Positions 7,615 through 13,446 of a stretch of 24,000 nucleotides of DNA are shown here, piece by piece; within the stretch, counting starts at the first letter, position 1; every line of letters starts with the position of its first letter. Location: assembly GCA_948444795.1 (NCBI GenBank), contig CAOJUX010000001.1, forward strand, positions 57,828-81,827, given 5' to 3'. Source of the DNA: an uncultured Erysipelotrichaceae bacterium (GTDB lineage: Bacteria > Bacillota_I > Bacilli_A > RF39 > UBA660). Position numbers and translations under genes: made by a program. Under the pieces are notes generated by a model, which saw only the letters and a list, made by a program, of their open reading frames with translations, did not search any database and was not told where the DNA came from.

Positions 7615-7644
7615 GATCCTTGGTTACCCGTGTGGGCCAAGGAC
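7615..7644. repeat. IR-L, the left copy of a 30-bp GC-rich hairpin element, also a likely bidirectional terminator
   Basis: The sequence is GATCCTTGGTTACCCGTGTGGGCCAAGGAC. It matches the reverse complement of 8616-8645 at 27/30 positions, with a perfect 20-bp core at 7620-7639. It folds locally as CCTTGG-(TTA)-CCC-GTGT-GGG-CCAAGG, with T-rich runs on both sides. It ends 3 nt from the Abi stop codon. Confidence 0.85.
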
Positions 7645-7647
7645 ATT

Positions 7648-8592
7648 TTATTTTATGCTAATCCAATTAATAGGCAATCCCATACATTCTTTAACGCAAG
7701 AAATATCTATTGTTTTTAATTTCTGAGATAAACTTCTTAATCTTCCTTCTATTTTATTACAAACGTTATTAAAATCTTCTTGAGGCAGTAATATTTTAAA
7801 ACAAATAATTAGCGAAAATATATCATTTTTGCCTTGAATATATCTTGAATTTAAAATTGAAATATTAAGTTGTTTATGATATATGGTATCTGGAATAGCC
7901 TGATTGTTTTTTGCATTGAATAATCTTTCGTCATGAGCGCATAGATTACGATAAAAAGCCATATTTTTAATATATTGATCTAAATCATAATCTTGTATAT
8001 CCCAATGTTTTGCAACTTCTTGTCTAATTTTTTGTTTCATTAGAGAATAAAATTGACTTAAGCGCCCAAGAGTTAAGCAATTAACTAATACCCACATGGG
8101 AACAAATCCATAATTTAAAATATAATGATTTACATAATCTTTTTTAGAAATATTGTAAGAGATATCACTTTGTAGATTGCTTAATAATAATTGAATTTTT
8201 TCTATTCTTTCTTCGTATTTTTGTAGAGTACATCCACTACCCTTTAAAGTTTCAAAATTATCTAATTTCAAATAATTATCATTTCCATACTTTTCAGAAA
8301 AATTGTAAGCAATTAGTGACCTCAAAATGTTTTCTACTTTTAATATAGGTTTAAAGAATATATTTTTCAAAATTCTATCAAAATCATACAAAGCATATAT
8401 TTCTTCGAATGTTGTTCCTTCTAGAAAAACATCTTTACTGTTTGGCTTCATAAATAAATCTTTATAACCATTAATAATATTATAATAATTTTCTTCTGCT
8501 AACTTTTCTTTGGCAAATTTTTCATCAGATATTATTAAACCTCTATTTCTTAAAATTGCAATTTGTTCATCATATGTTTTAAATTCTTTCAT
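7648..8592 (-). CDS. Abi_2 family abortive-infection protein (AbiD/AbiF-like)
   Basis: The start is taken at 8592 (RBS AAAGGAG, product MKEFKTYDEQIAILRNRGLIISDE...EENYYNIINGY). RNLCAHDERLFN matches the conserved RN..aH..r.wn motif of Abi_2. The 16-codon upstream extension in the ORF track runs through the IR and is rejected. Confidence 0.85.
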   Translation of the reverse strand: MKEFKTYDEQIAILRNRGLIISDEKFAKEKLAEENYYNIINGYKDLFMKPNSKDVFLEGTTFEEIYALYDFDRILKNIFFKPILKVENILRSLIAYNFSEKYGNDNYLKLDNFETLKGSGCTLQKYEERIEKIQLLLSNLQSDISYNISKKDYVNHYILNYGFVPMWVLVNCLTLGRLSQFYSLMKQKIRQEVAKHWDIQDYDLDQYIKNMAFYRNLCAHDERLFNAKNNQAIPDTIYHKQLNISILNSRYIQGKNDIFSLIICFKILLPQEDFNNVCNKIEGRLRSLSQKLKTIDISCVKECMGLPINWISIK

Positions 8593-8615
8593 AAACAGCT
8601 CCTTTAATAAAAAAA

Positions 8616-8645
8616 GTCTCTGGCCCACACGGGTAACCAAAGATC
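8616..8645. repeat. IR-R, the right (inverted) copy of the 30-bp GC-rich hairpin element, in the Abi 5' leader
   Basis: The sequence is GTCTCTGGCCCACACGGGTAACCAAAGATC, with a perfect core at 8621-8640. In the minus-strand RNA it forms the same hairpin, followed by U7 (complement of 8609-8615) and then immediately by the Abi RBS. Confidence 0.85.
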
Positions 8646-8657
8646 AATCACAATTAA

Positions 8658-8685
8658 ATTATATCAATAAATAGAAAAAATGCAA
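8658..8685 (-). promoter_or_regulatory. sigma-A type promoter upstream of IR-R and the Abi gene
   Basis: On the minus strand the -35 TTGCAT is at 8685-8680 and the spacer is 16 nt. The extended -10 TGATATAAT has its hexamer at 8663-8658. The predicted transcription start at about 8650 lies just 5' of the IR-R hairpin. Confidence 0.5.
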
Positions 8686-8795
8686 CAAAAAATTGTGTTT
8701 TTTTACTCTTTTTTTATTTATTTTATAACTTTTAACATATTTTAAACCATTTTATACGTTTTTAAGACATTTCGAATTTTATATAATAATAACAT

Positions 8796-8930
8796 TTACT
8801 TTTTTATATTATTTAACGATCTGTAATGTCTACGCATACTTTTTAAAACTCTAAGTTTAGCACATCCTGGATATACTCTACTATAATATTTTATTTCTCT
8901 TTCTAAAATTTTTAATTTTCTTTCTATCAA
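8796..8930 (-). CDS. possible 44-codon basic small ORF (TTG start)
   Basis: Not in the ORF track. The product is LIERKLKILEREIKYYSRVYPGCAKLRVLKSMRRHYRSLNNIKK. It is preceded by AGGGTGA and a plausible promoter (TCGACA, 16 nt, TATGAT, roughly 8945-8975 on the minus strand). There is no family match, and it could be noise in AT-rich DNA. Confidence 0.25.
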   Translation of the reverse strand: MIERKLKILEREIKYYSRVYPGCAKLRVLKSMRRHYRSLNNIKK

Positions 8931-9001
8931 CCTAATCACCCTAATATAAAATATATCATATTTTTAGTGCTAAACTTGTCGAAATATGTAATTTATTGCA
9001 T

Positions 9002-9040
9002 TAAAAAAAGAGGTAGCCTCTAAATTAGAAGTTACCTCTA
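9002..9040 (-). terminator. intrinsic terminator after the 9042-9425 ORF
   Basis: On the minus strand AGAGG-CTA-CCTCT (9021-9009) is followed by TTTTTT. An alternative is the 7-bp stem AGAGGTA/TACCTCT (9039-9033 with 9015-9009). The hairpin starts right after the stop codon. Confidence 0.55.
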
Positions 9041-9041
9041 T

Positions 9042-9425
9042 TTATTCAATATTATAATGTATAGCTTCGTCTTTTTTCTTTCTGTTAGAAATTTTTATTG
9101 GTTTAACTGGATACCAACTTTTAACTTTTAAAACCTTACCTGAATTTATTCTTATAGCAACACATATATCATCATTTATTTTTTTATAATATTCTAAACC
9201 TTTTGTTGTTTTATTATAAAAAACATAATCAGGTCTTTTAATTATATTATTAAGCTCATCATAAATCTTGTCAATTTCTTCTTTTGTGCCAAAATCTTGC
9301 AAATGTGAGTCTATAACATGTTGCTTTCTATCATCGTAAACTAATATTGGTTTATTTTTATGTTCACTTATATCCCAATATTCTGCTATATCTTCTTCTA
9401 AAATTCCAACATATTTATAACTCAT
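9042..9425 (-). CDS. small putative nuclease/toxin, PBECR-like (phage Barnase-EndoU-ColicinE5/D-RelE-like), tentative
   Basis: The 127-aa ORF has the RBS GGAAGGA. The layout ILVYDDRKQHVIDSHLQDF...IYDELNNIIKRPDYVFYNK...ICVAIRIN...KVKSWYPV resembles free-standing PBECR-type proteins (..tdeR..Hi...H......yi..ii..PDyi..d......v.vkl......s.y.i). The call is from memory of the family pattern only. Confidence 0.4.
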   Translation of the reverse strand: MSYKYVGILEEDIAEYWDISEHKNKPILVYDDRKQHVIDSHLQDFGTKEEIDKIYDELNNIIKRPDYVFYNKTTKGLEYYKKINDDICVAIRINSGKVLKVKSWYPVKPIKISNRKKKDEAIHYNIE

Positions 9426-9440
9426 AGCTTAATCCTTCCA

Positions 9441-9474
9441 ATTAAAATAAACAAACCCGTCATTTCTGACGGGC
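9441..9474 (-). terminator. intrinsic terminator located inside the leader of the 9042-9425 ORF
   Basis: On the minus strand the stem CCCGTCA, a GAAA loop and TGACGGG (9473-9456) are followed by TTTGTTTATTTT. The U tract ends about 2 nt before the RBS of the downstream ORF. Confidence 0.75.
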
Positions 9475-9661
9475 TATTAAGCAATAAGACCGGGCATCAC
9501 TTCCGGTATCTCATCAGAAACCCTCGCGAGTAACCTACACTTAAGACTTACGTCCGCGATAGACGATGACATTCTATCCTCAAAATTGCTTACTCAAACA
9601 ATAACACATGTATTACACATATATTGTCGTTTTTTATTAGATATTCGAAATTTCTTTCGAC
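9475..9661 (-). ncRNA. candidate structured leader or small RNA of unknown class (GC-rich block 9481-9570)
   Basis: By hand count the block 9481-9570 has 45 G/C out of 90, against 21/90 in the adjacent 9601-9690. No ORF is present. Hairpin A in plus coordinates is CGCG(9525-9528)/CGCG(9555-9558) plus GTAA(9530-9533)/TTAC(9548-9551). Hairpin B is ACCGG(9489-9493)/CCGGT(9503-9507). The block lies between a predicted promoter and the terminator. Confidence 0.5.
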
Positions 9662-9667
9662 AAATTA

Positions 9668-9696
9668 CTTATACCACATTTTATTGTGAAATTCAA
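9668..9696 (-). promoter_or_regulatory. sigma-A type promoter for the structured leader plus the 9042-9425 ORF
   Basis: On the minus strand the -35 TTGAAT is at 9696-9691 and the spacer is 17 nt. The extended -10 TGGTATAAG has its hexamer at 9673-9668. Confidence 0.5.
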
Positions 9697-9767
9697 TATT
9701 TTTTATGCTTTTTTTATATCATTTGATATATATTAAGGTATTTTATGATATTTTACATATATTAAGT

Positions 9768-10472
9768 TTATTTATACCAGCTTTTTTTGTAAGGGAAATA
9801 TCTAAGTTGATTGTTTACATATCCCTTTAACCAAGTATATTCATTTGCAGTTCCGACGTTCATAGAAACGTTTTTTATAATTGTACCAGTTTTATAAAGA
9901 ACTTTAGATTTATTAAAACCTATGCCTCCAATTCTTGCATAAACGCTTGTTGTTAGTGTTAAATTTTTTGATAAAGTATTTGTATTAGTTGTAGTCTTTT
10001 TGATACCAAAATAAGTATAATATGAGCTACAACATGATTTAGACATTGATTTACTCTCATCGCCAAACCATTTACGTGGTTTAACATCTATATGAGTATA
10101 ATTACTACTACCTCCACATTTATATCCGATACCACATTTATGTCCTAGATCTTCTAAAGCAAGTGCTACTTGTTTACTTGGTATTATTTTACCATTTTTA
10201 TCAGTGAATTTTATATCACAAGCATAACCTTGATGAGTATTACTAATAGTTTTTGATTTAGTAACCGTTCTTTCGTGTGTAGGGCAACGATATCCAGATG
10301 AAATATCTCCTCTTACTGCGCATATTTTTTTCATAACTTTTTCAAGTAGTGGTGGTAATGTATCTGCTATCACTATTTTATGATTTTTACCACATTTGCA
10401 CTTCCATTCATAAACGCAAAAATGTTCTGATAAACGACTTCTATCATTGTATTTGTACTCTATTAATTTCAT
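9768..10472 (-). CDS. endolysin with an N-terminal Peptidase_M15 (zinc D-Ala-D-Ala carboxypeptidase-like) domain and a C-terminal SH3-like wall-binding region
   Basis: LSEHFCVYEWKCKCG...SSGYRCPTHERTV...HQGYACDI...THIDV fits the M15 H-x-D...H zinc site. It is the last gene of the late operon, directly after a holin. Confidence 0.75.
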   Translation of the reverse strand: MKLIEYKYNDRSRLSEHFCVYEWKCKCGKNHKIVIADTLPPLLEKVMKKICAVRGDISSGYRCPTHERTVTKSKTISNTHQGYACDIKFTDKNGKIIPSKQVALALEDLGHKCGIGYKCGGSSNYTHIDVKPRKWFGDESKSMSKSCCSSYYTYFGIKKTTTNTNTLSKNLTLTTSVYARIGGIGFNKSKVLYKTGTIIKNVSMNVGTANEYTWLKGYVNNQLRYFPYKKSWYK

Positions 10473-10474
10473 TA

Positions 10475-10672
10475 TTATTTACCTCTTTTCTTAGAAACTT
10501 TTTGGCATAATAAGTAAGAACTTATAAAACCGTTAATAACTGCTATTATTTCTATTATTTGGTGTGCGTATGGTATACTTATACCATCTACTGCATTAAT
10601 ACCAGTAATTAAAAAAGCTATTGCACTTAATACATTTAATATATATTTTGATATTTTTTTGATTTTTTCCAT
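10475..10672 (-). CDS. holin (two TM helices, basic C-terminus)
   Basis: The 65-aa product has two hydrophobic helices (ILNVLSAIAFLITGINAV and IIEIIAVINGFISSYLLC) and a KVSKKRGK tail. It lies immediately upstream of the endolysin. Confidence 0.6.
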   Translation of the reverse strand: MEKIKKISKYILNVLSAIAFLITGINAVDGISIPYAHQIIEIIAVINGFISSYLLCQKVSKKRGK

Positions 10673-11031
10673 TATATTTTACCTTCTTTCTTTAAATTCT
10701 CCCATTTATCGTGGATATAGCTATTTCCACCAAGCCCGCAATAAGCATCATATAATTCATGTGCATTTATTTTTTGCTCTGTAGAAATATCTTCTTTTTC
10801 TGCTAAACTCATAAAATTAACTAAATCAGTTTTTAATCTATCTAATTTGTCGTTTTTATGATTTTCTTTAATATCTTCTATATCAGTTTTAATTGGTTTG
10901 ATTTCATTCGCAATAACTTTGCTGACTGTTTTTTTTAGCATCATCGCTATAGTTGATACTGATGATATTAAAGCAATTAAAAAGCCAAGTGCTGTTGCAA
11001 TCTGACCTAATGTTATATTTTCCATTTTCAA
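10672..11031 (-). CDS. membrane-anchored lysis-cassette protein (function unknown, possible holin partner)
   Basis: The 119-aa product has an N-terminal TM helix (IATALGFLIALISSVSTIAMML) followed by a charged helical region. Its stop overlaps the holin start. Confidence 0.35.
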   Translation of the reverse strand: MKMENITLGQIATALGFLIALISSVSTIAMMLKKTVSKVIANEIKPIKTDIEDIKENHKNDKLDRLKTDLVNFMSLAEKEDISTEQKINAHELYDAYCGLGGNSYIHDKWENLKKEGKI

Positions 11032-11053
11032 ATTCCTTTCATTAAAAAAACAG

Positions 11054-11368
11054 CTATTCTGCTGTATCTAATAATTTTTGTAAATCATTTATTTGCTCTT
11101 GTAATTCTTCATTGCTTACTATTTCTTTAGGTTCTACATAATTTTCGTTTACATAAAATCCTTTTTGAACAGTGTAACAATATTTATTAATTGTAATATC
11201 ATCTGTGATATTTTCTACTTCATATACTTTCTTTACTAAATATTTAGCAATAGCAAGTGTATCATTATCTACTAATACATTTCCATTTTTTTGATAAGCG
11301 ATTGTATCACTTATGTGTATTATTACATTTTCTTGGTCTGTTATTATATATTTTTTCAACTTGATCAC
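11054..11368 (-). CDS. hypothetical phage protein (in the XkdW position)
   Basis: The 104-aa ORF lies between the fibre/RBP genes and the lysis genes, as xkdW/xkdX do in PBSX. The call rests on position only. Confidence 0.3.
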   Translation of the reverse strand: MIKLKKYIITDQENVIIHISDTIAYQKNGNVLVDNDTLAIAKYLVKKVYEVENITDDITINKYCYTVQKGFYVNENYVEPKEIVSNEELQEQINDLQKLLDTAE

Positions 11369-11378
11369 TTCTTTCTTT

Positions 11379-12671
11379 TTAATTTTCTATATTAGGTACA
11401 TAGACCTTTATTTTTTGATTTTTATTAGCTTTTGTTTTGGCAATGCCCAAAAAGTCATTAAGCTTTGGATTATATAATTCAGCTTTATTAGTTTTAACAA
11501 TAAATGCTCTTATTTGATAGCCATTTGATATAGTACTATATGTAACTAATATTTCTTTATCGTTCATTTCGGCTAAATAAATATTATCATTATTAACAGA
11601 TAAACTAGAAGAACTTTTTAAATATTGCGGTTTTATATAATCATTAATTATTGAAATTGGTCTAAAATGAATAGCCGTTCCCCCATTTTTTGTAGCAACA
11701 GCAAATATTCTATTATCTTTTAATTTTATCAATTTTTGAGAAATGCCTCTTAAATTATCGTTGCAACATAATAATTGTCTTTCTGAAAAAGTGAGTTCAT
11801 CTTGATTTATATTGCAAATAACACTAACTAAACGTGCATTTGCGCCATATTCACCAAAAGAAATTAATATCTTATTTTCTTCTAGCAAAATAGCTTTAAA
11901 AGTACCTTTAGTAGCATTATTACCTGTAACTGCAAAAGAAAAAGTAGTTCCAAAATTTATAGCATTATCTTTAAACGTACATAGCGATGCATCACCGTCA
12001 AACAACAATAATGTTTTATTATTTGCAATTTTAATTGAAGTTGCAGAGCTGTCACCAGTCTGTTTTGTATTTGAATTATTTTCAGATGAAATTACTGTTA
12101 TTTCTTTATTGTCTATTTCACATAATTTGCCGCTAAAATTAACTCGATAATTAACGTTACATGTATGAAAAATAAAAAATTTATTTTCATTTAATATATT
12201 AATAGATAATAAACTAATAGCATTGCCTAATGTTGTTACTACGCCTGTTTCAATTGAATTGCTATTAATACCGCATACTATAGCGCTCATTGTTGCATTA
12301 TAAACTGATACTACGATAAATTTATTTTGGTCTATCATTTCTACGCACCAATCAACAGAACTTGCTGTTACAGAAACTTTTAAAGAAACTTCTTCATCAT
12401 TCACAGTTATCACACCATTTGCTAAAGTACAAATTCTTGCGTATAAGATGTTGTTTTTAGGATAAGTTAAAATAAAGCGTTCTGAATCTACTTTAGTCAT
12501 ACAGTGATTACAATAGCTTCCACCTGCAGAAAAAGATGCTAACAAAGTTTCTTCGCTTATTTCTTCATTTAATCCGACAAATTCACCCGATTTTATATTT
12601 TCGTTAGTGATGTATTCTTCTACTATTCCTTTTGATACACTTGATGATCCTATATTAGTCTTAATTTGCAT
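11379..12671 (-). CDS. putative receptor-binding tail protein with seven ~50-aa internal repeats (beta-propeller-like)
   Basis: The start is set at 12671 (RBS GAGGAGGTGG, product MQIKTNIG...). The upstream extension in the ORF track has no RBS. See the findings for the repeat pattern. Confidence 0.5.
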   Translation of the reverse strand: MQIKTNIGSSSVSKGIVEEYITNENIKSGEFVGLNEEISEETLLASFSAGGSYCNHCMTKVDSERFILTYPKNNILYARICTLANGVITVNDEEVSLKVSVTASSVDWCVEMIDQNKFIVVSVYNATMSAIVCGINSNSIETGVVTTLGNAISLLSINILNENKFFIFHTCNVNYRVNFSGKLCEIDNKEITVISSENNSNTKQTGDSSATSIKIANNKTLLLFDGDASLCTFKDNAINFGTTFSFAVTGNNATKGTFKAILLEENKILISFGEYGANARLVSVICNINQDELTFSERQLLCCNDNLRGISQKLIKLKDNRIFAVATKNGGTAIHFRPISIINDYIKPQYLKSSSSLSVNNDNIYLAEMNDKEILVTYSTISNGYQIRAFIVKTNKAELYNPKLNDFLGIAKTKANKNQKIKVYVPNIEN

Positions 12672-13431
12672 TATCCACCTCCTCAGAAATGGATGTTTCT
12701 GGTACAGTTTCTTCATATATAATAGTAACATCTACATCTTCAGTAATTTCATCTTCTGTAGTTAATATAAAATAGCCATTGTAACTATCGCCATCTAAAT
12801 CACTTATTTTTTCTCTGTTTACTTTATCCGCTAATACTTGTATAAGAGTATTACTTGTTATATTTACTTTATCTATTCTATAATCATATAAATTTGTTTC
12901 TTCATTTAGATTCCAATTTTCTTTTGATAAAGTGAGTTTATATACTTTTGGTCTATCATCTATAATTTTACTTTCTACTTGACTTAAAGTCGGATGAGCT
13001 GATGGGTTTATTTCTAAATTAACCTGTGATGCGTTATCGACTTTCACATTTATTGTGTAATCTAAACTCATTGTATTATGACCATTATATTCAAACATAC
13101 AGTCTGGGCTTTCAAGCTCGACACTTACAGCTAATAAAAACTCTAGTCCATTTTCTTCTACATAAATTCCTAAAGCTTTAATGTAGTATCTTTCTTCTAA
13201 TTCTGCATTATCTATACTTGCAGTAATTTGAACTGTGGAATTATCTATTTTTGAAATCGAAGAAATAAGAGAAGTTTGTTTTATATTATTTATAGAAATT
13301 AATTTTTCTAAATTTGTAGTTCCATAATCAAAATCAGATAGTACTATTTTTGTAAAAGTTATAGTGCTTTCTTCTGAAAGCAGTTTACTTATTACTTCTT
13401 TACCTTTTTCGGTAATAATTAATTTCTGCAT
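12661..13431 (-). CDS. tail fibre protein (N-terminal DUF3751/P2 gpH-like baseplate-attachment domain)
   Basis: MQKLIITEKGKEVISKLL....ITFTKIVLSDFDYG...L..I.Q......I.........V.I.A.I.N......YYIKALGIYVEENG.EFLLAV fits the conserved phage tail-fibre N-terminus. It follows the baseplate J and I homologs. Confidence 0.6.
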   Translation of the reverse strand: MQKLIITEKGKEVISKLLSEESTITFTKIVLSDFDYGTTNLEKLISINNIKQTSLISSISKIDNSTVQITASIDNAELEERYYIKALGIYVEENGLEFLLAVSVELESPDCMFEYNGHNTMSLDYTINVKVDNASQVNLEINPSAHPTLSQVESKIIDDRPKVYKLTLSKENWNLNEETNLYDYRIDKVNITSNTLIQVLADKVNREKISDLDGDSYNGYFILTTEDEITEDVDVTIIYEETVPETSISEEVDNAN

Positions 13432-13446
13432 AAAAATCAGTCCTTT

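Noticed and set aside
8593-8640. The ORF track gives the Abi ORF a 16-codon N-terminal extension (MVTRVGQRLFLLKELF...). It gives similar upstream extensions to the ORFs ending at 12731, 17649, 15855 and 5872.
   Set aside because: In each case an internal ATG with a good Shine-Dalgarno gives the conserved N-terminus. For Abi, the extension reads through the GC-rich inverted repeat and the U tract.
7611-8649. AGATC occurs just outside both GC-rich repeats and could be a 5-bp target-site duplication of a transposed cassette.
   Set aside because: When aligned as reverse complements, the GATC belongs to the inverted repeat itself (a 30-bp IR with 27/30 identity). It is not a direct repeat, so there is no evidence for a target-site duplication.
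9511-9517. A CUGAUGA box (minus-strand sense) in the GC-rich leader is reminiscent of the hammerhead ribozyme core.
   Set aside because: I could not find the matching GAAA box, the three flanking helices or a cleavage-site triplet in the required geometry. A 7-mer alone is not evidence.
9481-9570. The GC-rich block might be a tRNA or tmRNA fragment, such as an old att site.
   Set aside because: On neither strand did I find a GTTCRANNC T-loop, an acceptor/T-arm pairing or a cloverleaf.
7569-9665. TTGTCGA(AA) motifs recur at about 7569, 8975 and 9657 (minus strand). A 9-mer ACATATTTC inverted match links about 7581 with about 8979.
   Set aside because: Short AT-rich matches like these are expected by chance in 24 kb of roughly 25% GC DNA. 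Their spacing and context are not consistent.
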